DNA from: Camelus dromedarius | Taxonomy: Eukaryota | Assembly: GCF_036321535.1 (NCBI RefSeq) | Contig: NC_087436.1 | Span: forward strand, 52,330,001-52,394,000 | Direction: 5' to 3' | Length of the DNA: 64,000 nucleotides | Part shown: positions 37,944 through 51,326 of the stretch, one piece after another | Layout: every line of letters starts with the position of its first letter | Position numbering within the stretch: position 1 is the first letter of the stretch | Notes under the pieces: generated by a model | The model's database searches: none | What the model saw: the letters and a program-made list of their open reading frames with translations, nothing else | Told to the model about the DNA's origin: nothing | Program-made: the position numbers and the translations under genes

Positions 37944-39169
37944 TGCGTCACCCTGCTCCAGCCAACCCAGGGTAACCTGGAAATCTTGTTGAGTAAACTC
38001 ACAGATACTTGTCTCTAGAGTGAGGATTAAGGCCCTCAGTCCTCCCAAAGTTGACTGAGTTACAAATACGGTAAAACTCAGTTGCAATTTAACAAGTGTG
38101 GTGCAGTGACAGCTAGAGACTGATTTAGTAACAGCCAAAAAAATAGATTTCAGCTGAAAATAAAGACCTAAAGTCACAATAATCTGGAATCCCTTAGAGT
38201 AGGGGCAAATCCTAACATGCTTATGGACAGGTATATGCCTAAGGACTGACATTAAGGGGTTAGAGCATGAAACAATATATGTTCGTACTGATGACCCTGA
38301 AACACCAACAACAATTCTAATTAATTGATTTCCTCTTTATGAATACAAAAAAGCATAAAATATACTTTAGGACATTTTTTCTTTCTAAATTTTTTTAAAT
38401 GTTTAAAGCCATGTTGATTGCAGGACCATGTTTTACTCATGGGATTTGAATTAATGTAGACATGTCCACCAAGAATCTTTGATAAGTGAGATACTGATGT
38501 ATCTCATCTTCTTTTCAATCACATCCCAAAATGCATTTCATCTAGGTTATAATGGAATGCTGTGTCTGAAAATTTAACACTGTTTAGACTGGTAAGAATC
38601 CCTTGGTGGCCTACATGAAATAAAATCTGCGACCAAAAATTACTTTTGGCATTTGTTTTTATGGCAGCCAAAAAATTGTTTTCTGAGATAAGTGAAAAAG
38701 TATGGGTGAAAAAACTGGGCATGCCTTCTTGACATTTGAGCAAGCTGTGGGGCCTAGGGAAGCAAACTGGGGCATTAAGTATTGGATTCTTATTACAGCT
38801 CTATTTAGTTAGCCATTAAATCTGTTTATAATATGCTTCCCTGATGGTAGTTCCAGAGTGAAAGAAATGAAGCCATTAGGTTTCTTGAGCGTTGAGGGTA
38901 TAGTTTAGTGAATACTCGGTAATTAAATAATACAGCTTTTTACATTTTCAAATACTTTGATGGAAATTGCATATATAAAACCTCCAGTTTAACGAAAGCT
39001 CTAAAATAGGCACCCATAAAGAAGATATTTGTGTGTGTGTATATGTGTACAGTAATCAAGTTTAAGGTTATGCCTTCACTGCATATTCACCAATGTTACA
39101 CTGAAGTAGCCAACAGAGGCTTAAAAGTTTCACTTCACCTCATATCAGCAAATGATTTCTTTTATCAAA

Positions 39170-39630
39170 CTCAGTGGCAGAAACCTGAGATACAGAGATG
39201 ATTAAAATACCATCCCTGTTCTTCAAGCAAAATATAATTTAATTAATAGAAAAGATATGTATGTAACTAAATTAATAAAATGTGGTAGAAAATGTGGAAC
39301 GATAGAAATGTAGCTAAGATGTAGAAGAGAGTTTCTTTACTGAGGTCGTGGGGAGAGGAGGGTAGTGGGAGTGCTGCTGGGAAGACTGAATAGACAAGGG
39401 ATGTCTAGGGTGGGTCTTACAGACAGAATAGGAATTTGCCAGGTGAACACTGGTAGAACACATTCCAGGCTGGGTGCCCCAAAACATAGACGTGAAAAAA
39501 CATGGCACAGTTGGGAAACTGCAAATTCCAATTTGGCTGAACAACAGCTCAGTAAGGAAGCAGCTGTGAGAAAATCAGGAGCAGTGGGCAGGGACTGCAT
39601 AATAGAGGAATTTATATGACATACTGAGAG
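39170..39630 (-). mobile_element. L2 LINE fragment
   Basis: Antisense L2: aataggaatttgccaggtg...acattccaggctg...aacatggcacag. Confidence 0.55.
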
Positions 39631-42600
39631 GCAAAGGTGGGGTGCTGAATTTTTAAAACATTATTATCCTGATTCTAAAGAAACCTCATCTTTTTCCCAT
39701 TAGAAAATATGACTAATATTCTGCACTCTTATTTTTAAAAAAATATTTGCTAACTTGATAGACAAAATTATTTTAATTTGTATTCTTCTGATTAGAAATA
39801 TTTTTGAGCTTTTTTAAAGAAAGGTTATTAGTTATATGTACTAGTATATAACTATATTAGTTATATGCTGTATATATATATATGGTTTAGAAAGCCTCAC
39901 TCACCCCAGAACTTAATGTTCATGTCATATTTCTTTTCTTGTTAATTTAGGGCTTTAAGCCGAGAAGTAACATGGTTTAAGGTTTTCAACTTTAAAAAGA
40001 TAACATAGCAGGAATATGAATGATACATTTTTGATATGTACCTGATCTCCTCCTTCCCCCAACTTTCTCATTTTCTCCCCTTGCATTCCTAATGACTAAG
40101 TGATTAACACACCAATTCACACTCCATCCAAGTTTATTATTACCTCACAACGGCTCATCTCCTTGGTTTGACCAATTTTGCAACTATCTATTGCATCCCT
40201 CGTGGCTGATATTCCTAATCCTCATAGAAGCCTCAGGTGATTAGGAGTCAATGTGACTTTAGTTCATTCTTTCACACACATGCACGTATGTCGGCAGATG
40301 ACTGAAGTATTACTTGGTTTGAAAAGGGGACAAGATGCAGTTGCCTCCTGACATCAGTTATGCATTTAACAAGGCCTTAGGGGGAACGCCTACTGGATAC
40401 CACCATCTGTTATTTTTAAGGCCGTTGGGTTTATTGCCTGTGTTCCTGAAGACACATTCAGCCAGGAAGGAAACAACTGTTTATGGCGCGCCCACAGGGT
40501 GCAATGTACTAGGTGCTTCTCAGTTGCTTTTTTGCGGAAGTCCCTGGAAATGGAGAGGTTCTTTAGAATTGACAAGGATTGATAGAAACAACAACAGTTA
40601 AAAATACACATCAGCAGTATGGCACAGTTAAAACTAACAAGCCTAAAAACGAGCTGTATAGCTGGAGTAAACCTTGTTGAAACTCTTGGTCTTCTAAGCG
40701 TTGTTTCAGTTTATGCCTGAACCACCTATGTTAAAGTTTATGATTTCAACCTAACGGAAGAGAACTGAAGAGGACTCACAAAAAGAACAAAATTACTTGA
40801 ACTTACCTCCTCTTTTAACCAAGTCACCCATTTCTCAGTTTACTCATCTTACTCAAAAAGCTGCCTTTCTTTTGTCAGCGAGCAAGTCTTGTACGCTTTC
40901 CCCTATATCCAGCCTGACTCCAGTTGCTCCATTTTGCCCTTGAACAATTGCCAGGAAGCACCTCTTCTCTCCTTCTTCCCTCTAGCCATGTTTCCTCTGG
41001 TCTCCAGAAATAGTAAATACTTTGCTTATAATTGTGAATCTCTTCATCTTCACACCATTTTTTATAGACTGTTCTACAAATTCTTCCTACAAATTCTACA
41101 AATAATTTTTCATCAGGCAATTCTTTTGCTTACAAATTTGAAATAATTCTCTGTTGCCTTTCAAATCAGGTGTTATGGTGTTGGTGATAAACTGTTGAGG
41201 CTTTGGGAGAACCTTATAGATTCCAAGTCATTATACCTATTCTTCACGTGACTGCTAGATTACAGTAGCATACGTACTTCAGCTAGTGTTACTTAAACAT
41301 AGACATTCATGAAAATAACACGAATATAGCATCACTGCTATTGCATACACACTCACGTTAATGCATAGATTTATTTTGACAAATATATATCTGATCAACA
41401 GGGTATGTGTATGAGATGTTTCTTAATGTTGTGTTGTAGTTACCTTAGATTGGGCTGAAGAAATACAGTAGTTGTCAGTTTGTGCTCCTTTGTTCTGCGA
41501 ATGGATATATTTTAGTTCTGAACTACACAGTGAGTCAGAAATAATATTCTGTTGGTCAGTCAGAACTGACCAGAGATACATTTGATGCCGTACTATAATT
41601 GTTACAACACTACTACCTTTTTTTCTTGAGGGATTAGATTGTGGTTTCTTTTTTGCTACAGTCCCCAGGATTCTGATGTAAATCAATTCACCAATTCCCT
41701 AATTTGGACACTGGGATTAAGAGACCTTGGTTAATCCCCAGCCTGTTGTACCCTCAATCCCATGTTAGCCAATAGAATGATCCTTACTTTCCAGTAGCAT
41801 AAGAAAGAGGAAGGGCATTCAAATAAGTATTCTTGAAACAAAGAAGACTTGTTCCAGAGTTAGTTATTAACTCACTCTGAGGCACACAGGATTCCAGAAT
41901 GATTTTAACTGCTTCCACTGCTCCTGCTTTATTTTATCTGTATCTTAATAGACATGTACCCTATTCCATTAATATTATTTTGCACTTTAGTAAGTTAAAA
42001 CAACTAAACAAATTTTAATTAGCTCATCATTCTTTGACTAGGTCTTCTGGTAAATAAGAAAAAACTGTCTCCACCTCAATCTTCTAAAATAAAAGCTTCA
42101 AGGCCTATTGATCAATCAGGAACTAGTGATTGCTGTTGTACAGAAGCCATAGTGCGTGAGCTCTTTAAGAGAGAAGGGCTGTTGGCGTATAGATTTCTTT
42201 TGCTTAGATGATGCCATGAAACCCAGCACAGCCTCATTTGACTGCTTGTGTAAGAACAATCCAAGAAGCAGAAGCAGGTCCTACATAGCCACATGTGTGT
42301 TCAGGAAGAGGCATTAACATCACTCCAGACTCAAGAGCTGTTTGAAGGAAAATTGTTCAATTCTGATGTGTAGCCTGGAGTGGAATGCTTGTAAGATGAC
42401 AATGATCAGCACCATTTGTAATATCTCTCTTTCATTTTATCTACAGAACTCTAGTAAGTAAGTTTCATTTCCCATTTATAGTGAAACTTGTGAATAAGTG
42501 AGGAAAACTTGCAAAGGCCACCATGAATTATTCAAGAAAGCTCAAAAGCCATGTAGGAGGAATACTCTAGAATACTAAAAGGATTAAAATAAATTCCTCT

Positions 42601-43489
42601 TAAGTACTAATTAATTACCTTCTCATTGACTTCTTTTAGATTTCTGAATTTTTAAGTATTTACTCTTAAAAAAACAAAACTTTCTCCCTCCATTTAAAGG
42701 CTTCTTTCCCTTTTCATAGCTTATGTGTTGCAGTTTATATTAAGCTTCTATTTAAACTTTCAGTGATAATTACATCCCCAACACTGTTGTACTACTTATT
42801 TCTAGAATTAAATGGGCCCAGTAACTTTCTAATTCTCAGTATTGAGAGGAAATATTTTTGTTTGTTTACTCCACCTTCTTAACTCCCTGTGTCTCTATTT
42901 ACTTCCCTTCACTATCATTCATTATATTTCTAAACTGTTTTTAAAAATTAATTCACTTAAGAGAATAGTAACTACTCCAACTACACTTACATAATTTATT
43001 TAGTAACTCTTGGAACCTATCATTTTTCAATTTAATTGCATACAGTCATCATAGACTTCTAATTCTCCTGATATTTTAAAGCCACAAAATAAAGCAAACA
43101 AAGTTTAGCCATATTTAATAATTCTATCTCCAAATCTGATCTCCTCATGCTGGCATTGAATAATGCCTTCCATAAATGTGTCCAATTTTACTTATCATGC
43201 CTGTTTGCCAGTTTAATTCTAGCCAGGACAATCCTTTGACTGCCCCCTAAAAATGCTACCCTCATTTCTACCTCTAAGTGTTATTTCATGAATCGTGTGT
43301 TCTGCCCTACAGTCTTCAGCAAAAGCTTTATTTCAGAAGCAGGTCTTCATTCTACACTGGTATAATCAAACGTGAAATTCAAGTGTTTGCTAGATTGATG
43401 AATGTCTTCCTAAATTCAAGACTACTTGGAGCCAATGTGAACTGATCTCATTTTTCAAAATAGGGTCCTTGGAGATACAAATGAAACAT

Positions 43490-43800
43490 GAAGTTTAAAA
43501 ATCATCATTTAAAAAAGCAATTAAACCCCAAATATTTAGGTATAATTTAACAAAATGCATGTCAAACCTCTATATTGAAAATTATATGACATTGCTGAGG
43601 AAAATGAGGAGATAGGATATGTTTACAGATTGGAAGACCCAGTATGGGTAATATGTCAATTTCCCTCCAATTTGACATATAGATTCAATTCAATTTCCAG
43701 CAAATTCCAACAGATTTCTTTTAGTAGAAGTTGATGAGATGCTTCTAGAATTTATGTGGAAATTCAAAAGAACTTGAATAGCAAAAACAGTGTTGAAAAA
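43490..43800 (+). mobile_element. L1 ORF2 fragment
   Basis: aaatatttaggtataatttaacaaaa...gattggaagac...atgtcaatttccctccaa...tagattcaat. Confidence 0.8.
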
Positions 43801-45136
43801 GATATCTTAGTTTTTCCCATCCATTATTTTGATATTTATTGACTTAAAAATACCAAATATTCTTCTAAACCTGGGTATAAGAATAAATAAAGTATTGCCA
43901 TTACTTTCAAAGGCGTTGCAGACTAATGAGGAAGACATTCAAATATGGACAGTTTAAAATATTAAATACTTAAAAGATTAATTGTAAAATTAGATGAAAG
44001 AACATAGCTTTGGAAAGTTCAAGCAGGCTTCACAGAATAAAGCCCTAAAAGGCAAATTCTTTTTATTAAAATTTCTCAATAAATTGTGAGCAATTTTACA
44101 AGAAGCTAGTCATCTTTTAGAACACAGATTAGATGTTAGATCTAATGGTAGAAATTCTGGGCTGTAGGATAAGGGGTGTTATAGTGTATCCACAGGAAGC
44201 CAAGACAAGATTTGGGACAGAAAACAAATATTGTAGCAAATATTTTTATCTAATACAGGAGCACTTTAAAATAATTCCAGCAAGAAAAAAATAATGTAAA
44301 ATAACACAAGTGCTTGTGCTAAAGCCTAAGAAAAAAAGGATGGATTCAATTTATTAGGCATTTCTGAGTAGAATGACTTGACCTTGGGAAAGAGCAGATG
44401 TGGGCTATGTGCAAGATAAGGGAAATCAAGAATGAATATTTTTTTTTAAAAAAACAGAAAAGAAATTGAAATCCCATATATTTATAGCATAAGTTTTGAG
44501 ACTTAATTGCTCTTTAATTGGGTCACATATTTTACTTTTTTATTTTACTAAAAGTCAAATATGTGACCTAGATATTAGGGTCATCCAGATTAGGTCTTTG
44601 AAGCTAGAACACTGTCTTCAGCATCTCTGAAATTGCTCCCTTTTTTTCCATTCCTATTTTCAAATCTCTTAATTCTTATCTTTACTATCTCATGGCTGGA
44701 TGTTGCAATAGCTTACTTAATTATGTTCCTACCTCCAATATCCCTCTCACTCTGTTGTGTCCTGCGCACTGCTACTATCATGTCTTGGCTGAACTAAAAA
44801 GAAAAAAAAATCATATCCTGTTATTCACTTGATACATTTTTAACTACTAACTCTGGCCTTTATTCATAGTCCAAGATCTAACCCCAAGCTTATTTCTGCC
44901 TAAATCCTATTAAGAAATTTTCATGAATTATCTTCTCCAGACAAAAAGATCTATTTCACAGCTCCAATGCCTGCCTTAGGGTTTCAGCTCCACTTGTGCT
45001 CAGTCATTTCATTTGCCAAGGGATCCTTTTTCCCAGACCAAGCACTCACTATATCAAACTTAATAAATCTCTGAAGGTCCGCTTCCAACTCATCCGTTCG
45101 GAAACTTTTCCACATACCCCGCTGGAGAAGTCTTTC

Positions 45137-45681
45137 TGTTAGTGAATAGAGAGACCCTCCCCTCCAAATTGGAAAGCCCACCAAATGTGTGGGTCCTTGC
45201 CTGGCAGTTGAGACAGAGTTCTTAACAGAGGCAGTGGGACAAAGTGAAAGACTGCTTTTTTGCTCCAAAGAGGAAAAGGAAAGAAAGCTCTTGAGCAGGG
45301 AGCTGTCAGCCTAGGTGGCCGGACAAGAGAGCTCCATCCCCCAATCAGGTCGTGTGGTTTTTATTGGAAGGTTTTGCCATCATATCTTCGTTTCAGTGGT
45401 GCCAATCACCTTCTATTATGGGCTCTTTGCTCCCATGGAGCTCAGCACCTAAAACAGAAACCTCGGCAGGATAGAGAACAAAGAAAGAGATACTGGGGTA
45501 TGTCCTTGGGATTAATGCAGCAAGTTGTGGAACAGAAAAACATCCTGTTGTATGGCTATGTCTTTAGAACCAAGAAGCCAGCTGTGGGATAAGAGAAACA
45601 TCCTATATTTCAACAGCCTGACACTTCTTTTCCTTGTTGTTAACCAGCCAGGGTCAGTAAGCCTGCCTGATCACCTCTCCA
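45137..45681 (-). mobile_element. ERV1-class 3' LTR (~545 bp)
   Basis: On the minus strand it begins TG directly after a purine-rich PPT (aagcggggaa, 45683-45692) and ends ...ttcactaaca. It lies downstream of an env remnant. Confidence 0.7.
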
Positions 45682-45831
45682 GTTCCCCGCTTAGAGACTC
45701 TGTCAAGATTCTTGGGGAAATGGATGGCGGTCTCTGTCTTCGGTAGCTACTTCCTGCTGAAAAGGGGCTTTGGCCTGTCTCCCAGAATAGGACTCTCTGT
45801 TTACCTTATCTAAGTCTAGATAGTTTGACTC

Positions 45832-46018
45832 TGGGATAGGCTTCTAGCCATGTAGCATCAGAATCTTATTTTGAAATTGTTGGAGACGATCTGAAATGAA
45901 GCGGGAAGGTATTGGAGTAAACACAGCATTCCTCTTTTAGACAGACACAGGCCCCTCCCTGCCCTGTGGTGAGGAGATCTAAGGAGATTTTGCAACCATA
46001 AAGTTTTTAGCTGCTTTG
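45832..46018 (-). pseudogene. env: Deleted gamma-type retroviral env TM remnant
   Basis: Minus-strand translation: KQLKTLWLQN / LDLLTTGQGGACVCLKEECCVYSNT (ISD + CX6CC, frameshifted), then SRFISDRLQQFQNKILMLHG*KPIP (cytoplasmic tail). Confidence 0.85.
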
Positions 46019-46799
46019 AGAATGACCAAAGGTGTCCTTGATTCTGACAAAGTTCAGAAAATTTAAGTTCTCAGCAACACAGAAGGTTGTCTGAAATCAC
46101 GTCCACGATGGCCACCAAGTTTTACCTTACATGTTTGAACTCCAGTTTTTCCATTCTGACTTTCAAATGCATCTGTCTCTTTAATGGCCAAAGCAGAGGT
46201 CACCATTAATGACTTTAGTGTTTTTCTAAATATGGAGGGAATGCAAGAATTTGGGCTCACAAAATCTTCTTGGGAAATATCTAATTATCTGAAGGCCTGT
46301 CTTGCCACTTCCAGACTCAACTTCTCTAGTAATCATCAATTAGGTTATTTAAATGGTATCATCTGTGGGCTAGTAGTATTAATATTATTTGTTGTTACTT
46401 TAAATACATTTTGTTTCTCTAGCTAGATGGAATGCTCCTGGAGTTCACTGTCTGTGAATGTTTATGTAAATTTGGATTTATATGTGAGTTCTGTCATCTA
46501 TGAATTTCATGACTTCTCCAGCCCTTTTAACCTCTGAACGTTCATAAAGTTCAGTTTCCTCTTCCCTAAAATAAGAGTAACAATACTGCCCATTAATTCA
46601 TTCTTCATCCCTGACTTATTCACTCAGTATTTAGTAAATATATTCCTGCCGCACACTGTGCTATTTATTGCAAAAAAAAAAGGGGGGGGGGAGAAAACAA
46701 AATAGATACAGTCCCTGCCCTCATGGAGTGTACAGAAAGACATAAATAAAGTAAAACCTAAATAGCACTCAGTGCATTGTAGTGCCCTTTCCTCCCTTA

Positions 46800-47070
46800 T
46801 AGTAATGGTAATAAAAGGTAATACTGATTGATTTCTTATTAGGGGCCAGGCACGTCACAACACTCTTCTAAATGTTTTACCTGTATCAGCCACCCTGTGA
46901 GGAAAGTAGTATTATTAATTCCATTTTTCAGGTTAGGAAACAAAGGTTTAAAAGATGCTGAGTGCTTTACTAAGATCACATGGATCACATAGGTCACTCA
47001 GGGATGACAGTACCAGGAGTAAACCGAGACGCAGGGGCTCCTTGGCTCATGAACTTGACTGCTTCCTAAC
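46800..47070 (-). mobile_element. MIR SINE
   Basis: caccctgtgagg...ccatttttcaggttaggaaac...aagatcaca. Confidence 0.7.
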
Positions 47071-47152
47071 CTGCAGAAAAACCTCACACAGCGTCCTGCT
47101 CACACAGGATGCTCAGTCACTGTCTGTGGTTGGTTTTTATTATAAATTAGGA

Positions 47153-47492
47153 CACTACTATCCAGTAAAAATGTAATGCAAGCCACAAATGTGAGCCCAT
47201 ATATACTTGAAAATTTTTCTAGTAGCCATGTTAAGCAAAAAGGAACAGGAAAATTACTATTAACAATGTTTTACTTAATATAGCTGAAATATTACCATTC
47301 TAATATGATTCCTTCCTTCTTTCCTTCCTTCCTCCCTCCCTCCTTCCCTCCTTCCCTCCTTTTCTTTTTTTAAACTAGGTCTTCAAAATCCTGTGTGTAT
47401 TTTACAGTTACAGCACATCTCAGTCCAGACCAGCCACACTTCAAGCACTTGATAGCCATGTGTGGCTGGTGGCTGCTGCAGTAGACACAGTG
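47153..47492. mobile_element. MER33 (hAT-Charlie) containing a (CCTT)n/(CCCT)n microsatellite
   Basis: aatgcaagccacaaatgtgagcc...ttttctagtagcca...cagcacatctcagtccagaccagccacacttcaag...gtggctggtggct. Confidence 0.85.
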
Positions 47493-47789
47493 GGATTAAT
47501 ATTATTTGCTGACCAGTAAGCTTGCGTGTCAAAGAAGAGCGATCCTTGTTGAACTGAAACTGTAGGATTCAATCTTGGAGCACAGCTATTTTTAAAGAAA
47601 TACAGTAATGAAAATCAAAGTAAATTAAAAAATTTTCAAACGTTTTACTAGTATTTCATGAAAGCTATGCAGGGTATCATAAACACACAGTTTACAGAAC
47701 ACTTGTTAAAAATTCTCTTTTATCCTTTGGCTCCTCCCATTATATCCTGCAGCTCCTCCAATACCTCCTCCCTTCGGATTCTTCCTTCA

Positions 47790-48270
47790 CAAAGACTTTC
47801 TTATCTACTCCCGCCCCATATGACTTCTCTCTCTTCCTCTTCCCCACCTTCCCTCACCACTTCCTCCTATAAATCAGCTAAGCAGCTTTGACCAATCCTT
47901 CCCCGTTCCCACTTCCTACCTCTGTGACTCCCTCCCTTTTGTAACATCACAAAAACCCAAAGAACCCAGCAAACAGAAAACTCTCCTTGGAAAGCAGGGA
48001 AATGTGGAGAACAGAAACGGGAAAAAGCTGAATCTTTTTCTTTGCCTGATTTCTTTACGGAGTGGAAAATTATTCTCTAGCAGCAAATAGCTCCTGTTTA
48101 GTGGGGGCTTTCCTTTTTCTCCACTGAAATGCAGATGGAGTTAGAGTAAAGCTGAGAGGCACAGTTTCCCTCAGGAAAAGAACAGGCATGTTTTCACTCC
48201 TGTTAGATTCAGGGGATAAAGAACAACACAGCTCGCTGGGGTCAGAGGAAATTCGGCCCGGAAAATGGGC
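47790..48270. promoter_or_regulatory. Candidate promoter/enhancer (GC box, TATA, CCAAT, 2x ETS, NF-kB, NFAT-like)
   Basis: ctcccgcccc 47808; cacttcct 47858 and 47910; tataaa 47868; ccaat 47892; tggaaaat 48063; GGGGCTTTCC 48104-48113. Repeat-free. Confidence 0.4.
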
Positions 48271-48599
48271 AAATGTGACTTTGTTATTTTGCCTTGGATA
48301 GAAAGTGTCTCAGTGTTTCCCCCGTTATCTATCTGCACTTAGGAAGGAAGCCAGAACTTTGCAGTTTGTAGAAAAATCAGATTAGTTTTTTTCTCCTCTT
48401 TCTCATTATTAAGAAATATTCATTGAATATCTTTTTTTTAAATGAGCTTTAAAAATAAAAATAAAATCCTTATTGAACTAAGACTTCAAGCTTAAATTAT
48501 GAAGACAGATAATAGTGATAGTGATGTGGGAGAATGTGTATAGTATTTAGATGGTTACCCACTGAGTATTCAGTTACCCATTTACATGCTATGGCCCCT

Positions 48600-48910
48600 A
48601 AGGGAGGAGGGCTTCTGTTTCCTTCTTCCACTTTCCCTTTCTCTCTTGCTGTCTCCCTGGCAAAAATTTACTAACCTTCCAATTCCAATCTGGGAAACTT
48701 CTAAATAAGCTTTTCTGATCCCAAACCCCAAGTCAGAATGGATACCCCCCTTTTGTGCTCACTGCACTGCAGTGGCAGCTGTTAACAGCATTACAGGCCG
48801 TGTGTTTCCATGGTCTCCTGTATCTTGTTCATTTCTCTCTCCCCGGTGTTCAGTGCAGTACCTGTGACCCATAGCAGGCCCTTGATTAAAGCTTTGTTAA
48901 TGAATAAATG
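48600..48910 (+). mobile_element. L2 LINE 3' end
   Basis: ttgttcatttctctctccccgg...acccatagcaggcccttga...tgttaatgaataaatga. Confidence 0.6.
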
Positions 48911-49551
48911 ACTCTTTCCCTTTAAGGCCCTGGCACCTTAATCTCAAACTATCAGTTTGTCAAGCCTCTGGAAGTTGGTGCTACTTAATAAAAATAGTTC
49001 CTTTTTCCTCCTGGTGCTTCCTAGTATCTGGGAATAGGATGTCCAGATATAGACGGACAGTCATTTAGATTGTAATTATTACAAACATTAAGAAGTTTGA
49101 AAGTCTGGCTTCTAGAATATTTTCATAAAATAGAGAAGATCATAACTTCTGGAAAGGAAAAAGTCCCATTTTCATTTTACATCAAAGAAGGTAATTAATT
49201 AGGAAGAGAAGGAGTGGCCTTCTCCATTTAAAGCTTTATATATTCTCTAGAGCTGGTGATGGGCATCTCAATACCAAATAATTAATCTGGTGTATAATTT
49301 TTGCTTGTTTTCTTTTCAGAGGACATTTAATGTCCAAAAGAAGGAAAATCTGCAGACTTAGGTGGATATGACAGATTTGAAAAAGAATAAGAAAAAATTA
49401 TTTTAGTCACAATTAATAAAAGAAAGTTAGACTGTTAGAGAAGCTTTCTTTATATACATTTCCATGAATTCTCCTTAGAAGGTTGTGGAAGCATGATTCT
49501 TTGCAATATTCTAATAACATAAGAGGAAAAACAAATAAGCACGCTGCAATG

Positions 49552-49570
49552 AGCCGCCCCCTGAGGCTGG
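49552..49570 (-). promoter_or_regulatory. Possible CTCF site
   Basis: Minus strand ccagcctcAGGGGGCggct retains the CAGGGGGCG core, but the 5' half is imperfect. Confidence 0.3.
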
Positions 49571-51326
49571 AGCAGGTGACCTAACAGCAGCTATCAATTA
49601 CCTTTTCGTGGTGTTCTCCTAGAAAAATAAGTCAGCTCTGGTCTTGGAAGACAGTCAAGATGGATATTAATGCTGAAGCTGCTTTCAACTTTTCTACCTC
49701 ATAAATATTTCCAGAAGGCTGCACAGGCACAGATATGCCTTGGTGAAAAGCTCCAAGGGAGTTTTTGCAGTGGCCCAGTGAAGCAAATGATAAAGCCCCT
49801 CATTTGCAAGTATAAGAGTCATTTCCTCTGCTGTTGGGAACAACCTACATAACCTACAACGTGATAAGATTCCCGTATCAAGTAACCTTTCCCCATCTAT
49901 AATTTTTGTGAGTCCCCCAAAATGAATTGCCAACCGTCTGTCCTTGAGCTATCAGGGAAGAACACATCGACAACATTCCTAGTAGGTTTCCGTGCTGCAT
50001 ATTTTCTCAGAGCACTCACTCAATTTGTGGAAGGTGGCTAAGCCCATCAACAAAGAGGTTCTATTTCGCAGCAGATTTTGTAGCAGAACTTTTCCCTTAC
50101 TAAATTTATTCTGTCTTCCCGGTTCTTGAAAATATAGATGTAGGTATCAAGTGGTGGGAAGATGTGATTGATACAAAATGAAGTAGCAGGTTACCATGGG
50201 GCAGCAGAGGGAGAAAGACTTGCAGAGGCGGTCCCACCTGCTATCCTGGTTGCAACAAAAACTGGTTTCTGCAGATATGGTTAAGCCTGGGCAGAATGGA
50301 TATGGCACTTAGGATAAACTACACCTGGGTGTTAGAGGGTCATAAAGTGTACAATTGTTATCCAGATGTCAGCTAACACACTACCTTTCCTCTTAATATC
50401 CAAGTAAGGGTGTTTTGAACCTCCACTTTGTAGATTGTAGAAACTAACTTCCAAAGGCTCAAATTGTTCTCATGGTTATCTCTGGCTCTGAGCTTTGATG
50501 CCCACTGGACTACTTCAGTTGTAGGGACAGTTTTTTTTAATGCTGTTTCTGTTGTCCTTCTATCAGACTCTGTCAACCTTGAAGTAGAACAAAACCCTGC
50601 TTCTTAGATTCCTTAAGATGTAACCTATACAACACTTGCATGTAGAAAAGACTTTACTGAAGGTGGAGATAGAAAATCTTATTGTGAGAAATGTGAACTG
50701 AAAATTCATTGTTTGGCACTTTTCTTCCTAAGGATGTTTCTGCTGGCCCACCTCAACTTGTTCAGCTTGTGTCTCTGATCCAGTTTCTGTTCTCCTTGCT
50801 ATCCTCTTTCTAGCTTTTTCTCCACTCACAGTTTCCCTGTGCGTAATATTTTAGCAATCAATGTGGTGAAGGAGATGGACAAATGAAGCAGCTGGACATC
50901 GACATTTGAGTTGGGGATGGATGGAGATCCTTTTGTAAAATCTGTCTGTACTCTGAGAATGTAGATTTGAAAAGCCTGGAAACTAAAGTAGCTCTCTGAC
51001 CAGCTCTCATTTACTTAAAATGAAACCTCCAAATTTTAAGTTATTTATACCTCTTGATCTTGTTTTTCCTTTTGAATTCTTCTACCATTTGGAAATATTT
51101 GTAGCTCTGAAAATTAAAAAAAAATAGAGATTCTTGGTTAAGAGTAAATCTGCAGCTATTAATGTGAGAACTATGAAATTTGGGGTAAATTTCTTTTGAC
51201 TTCATAAACTGCACAGCTATAGTAAACTCAGAGAATATCACAAACTCTGTTGGAGAAGAAAGTGGAAAAATTACAGTTTGTAACAATAAATACCAGTAAA
51301 ATTTGAATTTGTTGTTGGACCTTATG

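Noticed and set aside
40801..40900. Perfect minus-strand donor GAG|gtaagt at ~40806
   Set aside because: No matching acceptor or open exon, and the upstream sequence looks L2-derived.
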